64,000 bases of DNA from Macrostomum lignano (taxonomy: Eukaryota): NCBI GenBank assembly GCA_002269645.1, contig NIVC01002116.1:1-64000 (forward strand), given 5' to 3'. A program made the translations under genes and the position numbers. How positions within the stretch are numbered: the stretch's first letter is position 1; every line of letters starts with the position of its first letter. This document shows positions 18,691-30,900 of the stretch, one piece after another. Under the pieces are notes generated by a model that was not told the DNA's origin, searched no databases, and saw only the letters and a program-made list of their open reading frames with translations.

Positions 18691-20856
18691 TCTTTCACCT
18701 GAACTCCGTCTTGATGCGCTCGGCCGCTCGCTGGCTGAAGCTCAGCGTGAACAGAATCTCCAGGCCCTCCTGTACGTCCTGAGCCTCCGGGCTGTCCAGC
18801 ATCAGCTTGACTACAGACAGCACGTTCAGCTCTACCAGCAGGTCTTTGTTCGCGTCGTTTAAGGCCAGCCGGTTGATGCCTTGAGTGAATGAGACAGTTT
18901 TGCTTGACCTGGGTGCTCGTATTCTTCCGGTATCTGCAGTTCCATCTGCCATCGACTTCACTCTACCCTTTTAAACTATTCTCTTAATTCCGTGAGACCT
19001 TTTCACTTCAACTCTCGATTCTATTCTACCCTGATGCTGTTCTGAGCTGTCCAGCGATTCACACGCATGAGAGCCAACCCTAAGCACACAGAGTGTACGT
19101 GCCTGACGATTAGAAAGTCTTGGCCCGCTGTACACCCAGTGTGAAGTGTATGGAAGACCATATCACCGAAGGCCTATTATTATAGTACTCAACACGCCAG
19201 CGTCCCAAGCACCCCCAGCTCACACTTGGACATCTCCGCCACCGAGTAGCCGTCGCAGGCCCGCTCCGGAGCCTTCAGTCCCAGCCGCAGGATGCTGATC
19301 AGGTAGTTGATGCTTTTCTTGGCGCCCAGAAAGATCTCAGCCTGACTGTCGCCAACCGCGAAAGCGATAAATATCAAAGCGGTAGCCTGCGGGCGCGCGG
19401 TTTTGGGGTTCAGTGCGCCTGATCGGTACTACTCGCAGTAGGAAGGGAGAGGGGAGGGAGGAAGGGAGAGGGGAGGAAGGAAGGGAGAGGGGAGGGAGAA
19501 AGGGAGAGGGGAGGAAGGGAGGGGGAGGGAGGAAGGGAGAGGGGAGGAAGGGAGAGGGGAGGAAGGGAGAGGGGAGGAAGGAAGGGAGAGGGGAGGTAGG
19601 AAGGGAGAGGGGAGGAAGGAAGGGAGAGAGGAGTGAGGAAGGGAGGGGGGAGGAAGGAAGGGAGAGGGGAGGGAGGAAGGGAGAGGGGAGGAAGGAAGGG
19701 AGAGGGGAGGGAGGAAGGGAGAGGGGAGGAAGGAAGGGAGAGGGGAGGGAGGAAGGGAGAGGGGAGGAAGGGAGAGGGGAGGAAGGAAGGGAGAGGGGAG
19801 GTAGGAAGGGAGAGGGGAGGAAGGAAGGGAGAGAGGAGTGAGGAAGGGAGTGGGAGGAAGGAAGGGAGAGGGAGGGAGGAAGGGAGAGGGGAGGAAGGGA
19901 GGGGAGGGAGGAAGGGAGAGGGGAGGAAGGGAGAGGGGAGGAAGGGAGAGGGGAGGAAGGAAGGGAGAGGGGAGGTAGGAAGGGAGAGGGGAGGAAGGAA
20001 GGGAGAGGGAGTGAGGAAGGGAGGGGGGAGGGAGGAAGGGAGGGGGGAGGGAGGAAGGGAGAGGGAAGGAAGGGAGGAAGGAAGGGAGAGGGGAGGAAGG
20101 AGATATGGAGGGCAAATGAAGGAAAGGTTAGGAATAAACCGACAGCAAGTGAGAGGAATGAAAATGAAAGAGAATGAACACAAAGAGCAACTAAAAGGTC
20201 TGAGCGGTGCTCACCGACACCCTGGTGACAGGGCTGACCAGGTAGGGCTTGGCGCTATCCACCATGCCGGGGAACTCAGCCAGCCTTCGGTACAGCTCCG
20301 AGTCATTCTTAAAGTACATGTTGTAGCCGATTCCGAGAGCGCACTCGACCAGGGAGGCCGTGTTCAGCTCCAGCATCTGGCCTCCGTCCTGCGCGTTGAG
20401 CAGGTCGGGAAAATATGAGCGAAAGAATTTGTCCTGGCTTTTGGCGAATTGCAGGCAAAACTCCAGCGACCTGTCTGTGCAGTTGAGCAGGCAGAGCAGG
20501 ACTCGAACTGCCAGATCGTCGTAAGCGCCTCTCAAGCGGAGCAGCGTCAGCAGCAGGTCCACCAGGCTGGTCACCAGGCCGGAGTCCAGCATCTCCTGCT
20601 CGACAGTCCGCAAGTCGGCCTTCAGCTCCGGCTTCCACTTGGTGCCGTGCGAGCTCATCATCCAGTTGAGCTGGCTGAAACTGCGCGACAGTCGGCCAGC
20701 GGCGCCAGCATCCGCAGCGCCATCAGGCGCCGCAACGAAGGCAGCCAGGTCGGAGCCGATCTCCGACAGGCACCGGCGGCAGGCCTCCAGCGAGAAGTCC
20801 GGCTCGCTATGGGCTGCGGCCGCAGCCTTGGAGACGGACTTGGAGCGGCGCTGCAT
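16481..20856 (-). CDS. ARM-repeat / TIR (TIR_2-type) / C-terminal SAM-like domain protein (SARM1-like domain set in a different order)
   Basis: Exons 20856..20215, 19386..19224, 18879..18699, 18503 (or 18477)..18164 and 17058..16481. The N-terminus is helical and ARM-like. The TIR signature is VMISYNH...VWVD...GSTLDAMSAAVESS.VVLLC...YKESNNCRL|EAEYA...LIPV. The C-terminal WDTARVARWC..CGL...LTGRELRFL is SAM-like. The strong exon-4 acceptor gives a stop just before the TIR domain (see findings). Confidence 0.8.
17216..18100. repeat. 30-bp minisatellite in TIR-gene intron 4
   Basis: About 29 copies of gtgaaccacaatgagttcacccggaaacga and variants. Confidence 0.96.
18512..18690. repeat. Two short (TAGA)n tracts at both ends of TIR-gene intron 3
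   Basis: 18512-18550 and 18657-18690, each adjacent to a splice site. Confidence 0.9.
19440..20100. repeat. Polypurine G/A repeat (gggagaggggaggaa-type) in TIR-gene intron 1
   Basis: About 660 bp of almost pure purine on the + strand. Confidence 0.95.
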
Positions 20857-21289
20857 GACAGTCAGTTTGGCTGAGCTCACTGCTCTCTGCGCATGGAGTG
20901 CCAAGAGTGCGGCTCCGGAGCCAAAGTAGCAGCTCACCTGTTCAGCTTGCCGCTCTCTCGCCCAGCAGCTTAGAGCAGTGCTCACAGGGGCAGGGGTGTA
21001 CGCACAGGCTCTGCGTACACTGTGAGCAGTCCAGTGCTATCTATCACCTATTTGTTTCTGAAAGGAATTCTTTTCAGTGTACACTGCAGTTTAGAAGCAG
21101 CCCTATACTCGCATGCTATCCACGCCGTACAATCGCTTCGTTGTCATGACTACGAGCGTACCTGCATGGCTTGAAAAGCAGGCAATGTACAATCCGAGGA
21201 TAGACTTAGGAGTAGGTCGTGAGACTCTACTTATAGTAGGCCAGTATGGCGTACAGTACACGTCGTCAATCTAGTATTGCGTCCTCAAA

Positions 21290-22510
21290 GTGGACACTTC
21301 TCAAAGCAGACACTTCTCAAAGCGGACACTTCTCCAAAGCAACCACTTGTCAAAGCAGACAATTATCAAAGCAGACAATTGTCAAAGCAGACAATTATCA
21401 AAGCAGACACTTCTCAAAGCGGACACTTCTCAAAGCGGACGCTTCTCAAAGCGGACACTTCTCTAAAGCAGACAATTGTCAAAGCAGACACTTCTCAAAG
21501 CAACCACTTCCCAAAGCAGACAATTGTCAAAGCAGACACTTCTCAAAGCAGACACTTCTCAAAGCAGACACTTCCCAAAGCAGACAATTGTCAAAGCAGA
21601 TACTTCTCAAAGCGGACACTTCTCCAAAGCAACCACTTGTCAAAGCAGACAATTGTCAAAGCAGACAATTGTCAAAGCAGACAATTATCAAAGCGGACGC
21701 TTCTCAAAGCAACCACTTCCCAAAGCAGACAATTGTCAAAGCAGACACTTCTCAAAGCAGACACTTCTCAAAGCAGACACTTCTCAAAGCAAGCACTTCC
21801 CAAAGCAGACAATTGTCAAAGCAGACACTTCTCAAAGCAGACACTTCTCAAAGCAAGCACTTCCCAAAGCAGACAATTGTCAAAGCAGACACTTCTCAAA
21901 GCAGACACTTCTCAAAGCAGACACTTCCCAAAGCAGACAATTGTCAAAGCAGATACTTCTCAAAGCGGACACTTCTCCAAAGCAACCACTTGTCAAAGCA
22001 GACAATTGTCAAAGCAGACAATTGTCAAAGCAGACAATTATCAAAGCAGACAATTGTCAAAGCAGACAATTGTCAAAGCAGACAATTATCAAAGCAGACA
22101 ATTGTCAAAGCAGACAATTATCAAAGCAACCACTTCCCAAAGCAGACAATTGTCAAAGCAGACACTTCTCAAAGCGGACACTTCTCAAAGCGGACGCTTC
22201 TCAAAGCGGACACTTCTCTAAAGCAGACAATTGTCAAAGCAGACAATTGTCAAAGCAGACACTTCTCAAAGCAACCACTTCCCAAAGCAGACAATTGTCA
22301 AAGCAGACACTTCTCAAAGCAACCACTTCCCAAAGCAGACAATTGTCAAAGCAGACACTTATCAAAGCGGACACTTCTCCAAAGCAACCACTTCCCAAAG
22401 CAGACAATTGTCAAAGCAGACACTTCTCAAAGCGGACACTTCTCCAAAGCAACCACTTCCCAAAGCAGACAATTGTCAAAGCAGACACTAAACAAAGCAG
22501 ACACTTGTCA
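21290..22510. repeat. 16-bp minisatellite with variants (aaagcagacacttctc / aaagcagacaattgtc)
   Basis: Directly visible. Confidence 0.95.
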
Positions 22511-23204
22511 AAGATCTAAAGGTTCACACCAGCAAATGAATTGCGGCTGGGACTTATACAAGTACAAGAAAAAATGACTAAAGCTGAAGCAGAGCTCACC
22601 ATTGACATTTTTTGCATTCATAATTTATGAGCAAAGTCTTTACTCGTCTCTACACGACGAGATAACTGAGAGTTCTCGCAGATATATTCTCGACTACAAT
22701 ACATTTAGCAAGCAATGCACAAGAGAATAACCATTATCACTAGGCAGCAAAAACGCAAATTATTTTCTCTAGGTCCTAGTAGAGTTGCCCAGTTACATCG
22801 TTCTTTCAAATAATAATCAATCGAAATTTCCAAGGCAAGCAGACGTGAAACTCTGGATCTACTTGGCTAAAAATCTATGGATGATAAACCGACATGCAGG
22901 ATTTAATAGCGACTAGAATTAAATCCCAGATCAGGCTCTGACGGAGGCAGGACTAAATTAGTAATTCATAAATTTAAAAGCATTTGGCAGGACGCTCGTA
23001 TCTTCGGTTTTCCTAGGGTTCAGTTTAAAAATGTGGATCTGAACTTTGGGCTGGGCCAGAATAGCAAATATTAGGTAAAATACGAGTGCAGCGCAGACGC
23101 ACCTGTACATGTTGAATTGCAGCTCATGTGCAAGTTGCATTGTACCCGCACTGATTCTATTTCCACATAGAAACATCACAGATCGGAAAAAAGCGTGCAA
23201 CTGA

Positions 23205-23343
23205 CAGGCAGACAGGCCATACAGACAGACAGACAGATAGGCAGATGCAGGCTTGAAATGAGGAGACACTGAGACAGATAGAGATTTAACTGGTAGGCAC
23301 AGGCATCAGACAGACCGACAGACAGACAGACAGACGGACACTA

Positions 23344-23412
<69 letters not shown>

Positions 23413-23427
23413 CTAAGACAGACAGGC

Positions 23428-23502
<75 letters not shown>

Positions 23503-23551
23503 GCAGGCAGACAGACAGACAGGCAGACAGACAGACAGACAGACAGCAGGC

Positions 23552-23588
<37 letters not shown>

Positions 23589-23645
23589 GCAGGCAGACAG
23601 ACAGACAGACAGGCAGACAGACAGACAGACAGACAGACAGCAGGC

Positions 23646-23682
<37 letters not shown>

Positions 23683-23704
23683 GCAGGCAGACAGACAGAC
23701 AGGC

Positions 23705-23783
<79 letters not shown>

Positions 23784-23831
23784 GAGACAGACAGACAGAC
23801 AGGCAGACAGACAGACAGACAGACAGCAGGC

Positions 23832-23872
<41 letters not shown>

Positions 23873-23874
23873 GC

Positions 23875-23929
<55 letters not shown>

Positions 23930-23985
23930 TAGAAAGACAGACAGACAGACAGACAGACACAGACAGACAGCAGGCAGGCAGCAGA
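23205..23985. repeat. (AGAC)n microsatellite
   Basis: Directly visible downstream of the DnaJ stop. Confidence 0.97.
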
Positions 23986-24074
23986 TAGGCGCGCATTGCA
24001 CTATAATAGCGGTACAAAATTCGTGCTCGGGAGAGGGCAGAGCTCAGAGAGAAGGGCGGGCGGCCCAAAGACAG

Positions 24075-26767
24075 TCAGCCGCCGTACCGGTTCAGCATAT
24101 CGCAGTGCGGAGTAGTCAGCTTGGACGCGATAGCATAAGCTTCTTTGTTGTGGTAATATTTTGCCCGGAATTGCATGGACTCCTCTGGAAGCAGAAATGA
24201 CACAAACGATAGTTGTCTAGTCGGTAGCTAGCTAGCTTTGCAATAATCATCAACAAAAAGGCAGAACAAAGGCTAAGAGGACTCACTGTAGCTGCGCTCC
24301 CTGTAGCACTTGACTCGCAATGTGTGAAAAAAGTCGTCTTCGATCTCGGCCTCCAGTTGGCCCAGATTGCCAGTGAATTCCGAGCGAAAATTCGGCTTCA
24401 CATAGTAAGGCACCTTGCTGTGCCGAGTGTGCCGCACGTCCGAGTAGGCGCTGCGGGATTGACAGGTGCGAGCTCAAGAGTTAAATCCCTGCTCATGCTT
24501 ACACTAAGGGATCTGGGGCAGGGAAGCCTGAAGGATCGGAGGGAGGGCAGCCTGAAGGATCGGGGGAAGGCAACCTGAAGGATCGGGGGTAGGCAACCTG
24601 AAGGATCGGGGGTAGGCAACCTGAAGGATCGGGGGAGGCCGGGAGGGCAACCGGAAGGATCAGGGGAGGACACCCTGAAGGATCGGGAAAGGGCACCCTG
24701 AAGGATCAGGGGGAGGACACCCTGAAGGATTGGGGGAGGACACCCTGAAGGATCAGGGGGAGGACACCCTGAAGGATCAGGGGAGGATACCCTGAAGGAT
24801 CAGGGGGAGGACGCCCTGAAGGATCGGGGGAGGACACCCTGAAGGATCAGGGGAGGACACCCTGAAGGATCAGGTGGAGGACGCCCTGAAGGATCAGGGG
24901 GAGGACGCCCTGAAGGATCAGGGGGAGGACACCCTAAAGGATCAGGGGAGGACACCCTGAAGGATCAGGGGGAGGACGCCCTGAAGGATCAGGGGGAGGA
25001 CACCCTGAAGGATCAGGGGAGGACACCCTGAAGGATCAGGGGAGGACGCCCTGAAGGATCGGGGGGAAGGCAACCTGAAAGCAGCAAAGCAGAAGACTTA
25101 CTTGTTAGCGGACAGGCTGTACCAGGGGTCGCGGTGCATGAGGCCGGACAGCACGGACATGAGCATGAGCAGGAAGATGGGTGCAAACTGCAGCAGCATT
25201 GAATAAACATTGCGACCGGCCGCTTCGCCAGCCTGGCCGCCGTCGTGCCGTTGATGCCGCCGGGCCCGCCGCTGCCGCATCTCGTAGGTCGGAAAGCCGC
25301 CGCCGAAGAACATGTTGAAAATTTCTTCTGGCGACACGTCGGCCTCGAATCCGCGCGAATAATCGTCGTAATAGTAGCCTCTGCCGTTGCTATGACGACG
25401 CGTTGCCTGCTGCTCCTCTTCTGAGCCGTACATATCGTAGCGCTGCCGCTTGGCGGGGTCGGCCAGGACGCTATAGGCGTTTCCAATTGCCTTAAATGCT
25501 TCCTGGGCGCCGGGCGCCTTATTCTTATCCGGGTGAAACTTCAGCGCCAGCTTTCGATACGATCGCTTCAGATCGTCATCTGTGGCGTCCTTGGCAACGC
25601 CCAGGATCTCGTAGTAGTCTTTGGCCTGGCAGGGCATGCAGGAAACATTATTCAGTACATAGTAAATTAGGGAGTACGTTTGTACTCTACAACTACCGCA
25701 AGTTCTCGAGCACATTTGTCAAGCATGGGAGACACTTCTCAAGCATGGCAGACATTTCTCAAGCATGACAGACATTTCTCCAGCATGACAGACATTTCTC
25801 AAGCATGGCAGACATTTCTCAAGCATGACAGACATTTCTCCAGCATGACAGACATTTCTCAAGCATGACAGACATTTCCCAAGCATGACAAACATTCCTC
25901 AATTATGGGAGACATTTCTCAAGCACGAGAGACATTTCTCAAGCATGACAGACATTTCTCAAGCATGACAGACATTTCTCAAGCATGACAGACATTTCTC
26001 AAGCAACACATACATTTTTTAATTATGGAAGACATTTCTCAAGTATGGGAGACATTTCTCAATTATGGGAGACATTTCTCAAGCACGAGAGACATTTCTC
26101 AAGCACGAGAGACATTTCTCAAGCATGACAGACATTTCTCAAGCAACACATACATTTTTCAATTATGGAAGACATTTCTCAAGCATGACAGACATTTCTC
26201 AAGCAACACATACATTTTTCAATTATGGAAGACATTTCTCAAGCATGACAGACATTTCTCAAGCAACACATACATTTTTCAATTATGGAAGACATTTCTC
26301 AAGCATGACAGACATTTCTCAAGCATGACAGACATTTCTCAAGCATGACAGACATTTCCTTAAGCATGACAGACATTTCCCAAGCATCGCAGACATTTCT
26401 CCAGGCCCGGAGGCTCTGCTCAATAAATGTCTCAAATCACCTTGCGGATCCGCGCCACCCCGCTGGCCTGCTCCTCAGTAAACTGCCGCTCAGGATGGCC
26501 GCTGCCGCTGCTGGTCCGGCGCCTTCGGGCACCTCCATCGTCGTCCTGCGCATTCGACTGTCGCCCTCCCTGTCCACCGTGCGAGCCGCTGTTGCTAAGC
26601 AACTGTTCCAACAGACGCTTGGCCTCCGGACAGCCGTCGACAGCGTCTAAACGGCAGGCTTTGCGCAGCAGCCGCTCTGCTTTTTCCGCGTCACCAGAAG
26701 CCAGCGCGGTCTTGGCGATGCCCAGACAGCGAAGGCTCTCCTCCCGGTTGGCGCTGGTGTCGGCCAT
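24075..26767 (-). CDS. DNAJB12: DnaJ homolog subfamily B member 12/14 (ER membrane J-protein, ~374 aa)
   Basis: Exons 26767..26441, 25625..25102, 24450..24287 and 24184..24075, phase-consistent (1125 nt). It has an N-terminal helical region ([12 protein letters not shown]), a J-domain (DYYEILGV...[14 protein letters not shown]), a G/F-rich region, a TM segment ([16 protein letters not shown]) and a DUF1977-like C-terminus (VPYYVK...CYRER). Confidence 0.95.
24525..25078. repeat. 23-24-bp minisatellite in DnaJ intron 2
   Basis: cctgaaggatcagggggaggacac and variants. Confidence 0.95.
25720..26400. repeat. 20-bp minisatellite in DnaJ intron 1
   Basis: gacagacatttctcaagcat and variants. Confidence 0.95.
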
Positions 26768-26949
26768 GGCTCAATGAAGACAGCTGGTGCCGGCTCTGCT
26801 GCTTCTGCTCTACTGCTTTGTTTGTTTTGCTTGCTTCTCTTCTAGTCTTCTCTACCGATCTGAGCTAAAACCAGTTTGCCTCACCTTTCGAATGGCTAAG
26901 TGCATGCATATTATGGCAGTTAGTACTGTATAGGTAATGTTTTAGGACA

Positions 26950-27695
26950 TGAAATATGATAGCAGCACCCAATGCAGCACCTATGATAGCAGCACCTATG
27001 ATAGCAGCACCTATGATAGCAGCACCCAATGCACACCTATGATAGCAACACCCAATGCAGCACCTATGATAGCAGCACCCAATGCAGCACCCAATGCAGC
27101 ACCTATGATAGCAGCACCCAATGCACACCTATGATAGCAGCACCCAATGCAGCACCTATGATAGCAACACCCAATGCAGCACCTATGATAGCAACACCCA
27201 ATGCACACCTATGATAGCAACACCCAATGCACACCTATGATAGCAACACCCAATGCACACCTATGATAGCTACACCCAATGCAGCACCTATGATAGCAGC
27301 ACCCAATGCAGCACCTATGATAGCAGCACCCAATGCAGCACCTATGATAGCAACACCCAATGCAGCACCTATGATAGCAGCACCCAATGCAGCACCTATG
27401 ATAGCAACACCCAATGCAGCACCTATGATAGCAGCACCCAATGCAGCACCTATGATAGCAACACCCAATGCAGCACCTATGATAGCAGCACCCAATGCAG
27501 CACCTATGATAGCAACACCCAATGCAGCACCTATGATAGCAGCACCCAATGCAGCACCTATGATAGCAACACCCAATGCAGCACCTATGATAGCAGCACC
27601 CAATGCAGCACCTATGATAGCAACACCCAATGCAGCACCTATGATAGCAACACCCAATGCAGCACCTATGATAGCAGCACCCAATGCAGCACCTA
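26950..27695. repeat. 27-bp minisatellite between MTG1 and DNAJB12
   Basis: gcagcacctatgatagcagcacccaat. Confidence 0.96.
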
Positions 27696-27934
27696 TTACA
27701 AAACATGTGAGATTGCTAACGAGCAAAAATTAGAAAAAAGAGTAACAAGCTACAGACGAGAATGGATGCCAAAAGAGACCATCTCTAATCACTCGGAGTG
27801 TTTATTACTTATTACTGTTTATTAAAGTGCTATTCTACAAGCGGCTTTTCTCACTTATAAGATTATCAGATCGCATACAAAGGCTAGCTAAAATGAATAA
27901 AATGCATCTTTAAGCGTCTTTTAAATCCAAGCAA

Positions 27935-30900
27935 TCAATGGTGCAACTTGGCCGCTGCGCCCTTGGAATAGGCGAATGGCAATGGCGGATCGGCCGGCAG
28001 GTCGGACGGCAGCTGGTCGAGCACCAGCCGGCCAAGCAGGCCCTGGTTGAAGTGGCGCAGCAGGGCCTGCGCTCCGGCTACCAGGTTGGGCCCGTGCACC
28101 AGCTGGCCGGTGTGAAAGTTGCGGTGCGCCTGCACCAGGCGGTGCTTCCGGCAGATGCCTGGGGGTTTGGGATTGATGACTCTGTCTATATTGGAGGCCG
28201 GAACTGCAGCTGCGAACTGGAAATCTCACTACTTGAATCTCACCACAATCCGTTAAAATTAATATTAACCTGACTGGGAATCTCACCTATGCAGATAGCA
28301 ATCAGTATGGAAATCTCACCTATGCAGATAGCAATCAGTATGGAAATCTCACCTATGCAGATAGCAATCAGTATGGAAATCTCACCTATGCAGATAGCAA
28401 TCAGTATGGAAATCTCACCTATGCAGATAGCAATCAGTATGGAAATCTCACCTATGCAGATAGCAATCAGTATGGAAATCTCACCTATGCAGATAGCAAT
28501 CAGTATGGAAATCTCACCTATGCAGATAGCAATCAGTATGGAAATCTCACCTATGCAGATAGCAATCAGTATGGAAATCTCACCTATGCAGATAGCAATC
28601 AGTATGGAAATCTCACCTATGCAGATGGCAATCAGTATGGAAATCTCACCTATGCAGATAGCAATCAGTATGAAAATCTCACCTATGCAGATAGCAATCA
28701 GTATGGAAATCTCACCTATGCAGATAGCAATCAGTATGGAAATCTCACCTATGCAGATAGCAATCAGTATGGAAATCTCACCTATGCAGATAGCAATCAG
28801 TATGGAAATCTCACCTATGCAGATAGCAATCAGTATGGAAATCTCACCTATGCAGATGGCAATCAGTATGGAAATCTCACCTATGCAGATAGCAATCAGT
28901 ATGGAAATCTCACCTATGCAGATAGCAATCAGTATGGAAATCTCACCTATGCAGATAGCAATCAGTATGGAAATCTCACCTATGCAGATAGCAATCAGTA
29001 TGGAAATCTCACCTATGCAGATAGCAATCAGTATGGAAATCTCACCTATGCAGATAGCAATCAGTATGGAAATCTCACCTATGCAGATAGCAATCAGTAT
29101 GGAAATCTCACCTATGCAGATAGCAATCAGTATGGAAATCTCACCTATGCAGATAGCAAACAGTATGGAAATCTCACCTATGCAGATAGCAATCAGTATG
29201 GAAATCTCACCTATGCAGATAGCAATCAGTATGGAAATCTCACCTATGCAGATAGCAATCAGTATGGAAATCTCACCTATGCAGATAGCAATCAGTATGG
29301 AAATCTCACCTATGCAGATAGCAATCAGTATGGAAATCTCACCTATGCAGATAGCAATCAGTATGGAAATCTCACCTATGCAGATATCAATCAGTATGGA
29401 AATCTCACCTATGCAGATAGCAATCAGTATGGAAATCTCACCTATGCAGATAGCAAACAGTATGGAAATCTCACCTATGCAGATAGCAATCAGTATGGAA
29501 ATCTCACCTATGCAGATAGCAATCAGTATGGAAATCTCACCTATGCAGATAGCAATCAGTATGGAAATCTCACCTATGCAGATAGCAATCAGTATGGAAA
29601 TCTCACCTATGCAGATAGCAATCAGTATGGAAATCTCACCTATGCAGATAGCAATCAGTATGGAAATCTCACCTATGCAGATAGCAATCAGTATGGAAAT
29701 CTCATCTATGCAGATAGCAATCAGTATGGAAATCTCACCTATGCAGATATCTCTCACCCTGCGATCAAAGCAATTAAATAAGCGCCAACCAACCTGCCAG
29801 CAGGTCCCGCACATCGGTGACCGGGCCCTCCAGATCGTACAGCTTAACATAGCTTCTCTCGCCTCGAACGTTGAGCAGGTGCAACAGGTAGTCGGCGATA
29901 ACCTGCGAGTCGATCTGGTTGAGATCCATGCAGCCGCAGGCGCCCAATTTCAGCATGTTGCCAATGTCGTCTTTGAACTCGGGATCAAGGATGCCTGGCG
30001 AGTCCAGTACGTATACAGGGGGGTCCTGGCACACCTGCGTTATTAAAAATTGTTAGATATTTTGTACTAATTAGGCTAATGCAGAAGGATGCTTTCAATT
30101 CGAGACTGGATATTGAGACTTACAATGCCGACTTTCACTGTATTATCTATATTAAGGGTGAGATTCCAATCCTACATACCATCCCAAGTGTGAGACTCCC
30201 ATCCTACATACCCTCCCAAGTGTGAGACTCCCATCCTACATACCCTCCCAAGTGTGAGACTCCCATCCTACATACCCTCCCAAGTGTGAGACTCCAATCC
30301 TACATACCCTCCCAAGTGTGAGACTCCCATCCTACATACCCTCCCAAGTGTGAGACTCCCATCCTACATACCCTCCCAAGTGTGAGACTCCCATCCTACA
30401 TACCCTCCCAAGTGTGAGACTCCCATCCTACATACCCTCCCAAGCATACATGCGCAACCTCCAAATTTCGGTCGGCCATGCGACTTAGTTTTAACAAAAA
30501 TGCGACGTAGTTTTTGGCCAAAAATGCGACTTACATGTAAAAAAACCCGAAAGCAAAATTAACGCAACTTTGGGTAAACGGCAGGAGTAACTATGACTGT
30601 CTTATAAAGCCAAAATGCCTCGTCAGCTACTTAGTACTACTACTCTGTGTTTTTTCGGGTTGGCATTTTTGCGACTTCCTTGGTTGGCCGCCAAATCGGT
30701 CGGCCGGATCGGCCGACTGTTGCGCATGTATGCTCCCAAGTGTGAGACTCCAATCCTACATACCCTCCCAAGTGTGAGACTCCCATCCTACATACCCTCC
30801 CAAGTGTGAGACTCCCATCCTACATACCCTCCCAAGTGTGAGACTCCAATCCTACATACCCTCCCAAGTGTGAGACTCCCATCCTACATACCCTCCCAAG

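Noticed and set aside
16481-20856. Bacterial TIR (Thoeris-like) defence gene or horizontally acquired operon
   Set aside because: It has spliceosomal introns, metazoan neighbours (syntaxin-1, DNAJB12) and the same codon style as host genes.
21246-22577. Three overlapping 314-443-aa ORFs
   Set aside because: They are a 16-bp satellite read through all frames, with no domain or splice support.
27935-28216. Alternative MTG1 last-exon acceptor at 28216
   Set aside because: It is phase 0, but the upstream donor is phase 1. The acceptor at 28158 fits the phase and the family alignment.
28240-30046. 536-585-aa ORFs on both strands and a CRISPR-like 33-bp periodicity
   Set aside because: It is a pure head-to-tail repeat with no unique spacers and no cas genes, lies inside MTG1 intron 3, and is open only because the unit is 33 bp and lacks stops.
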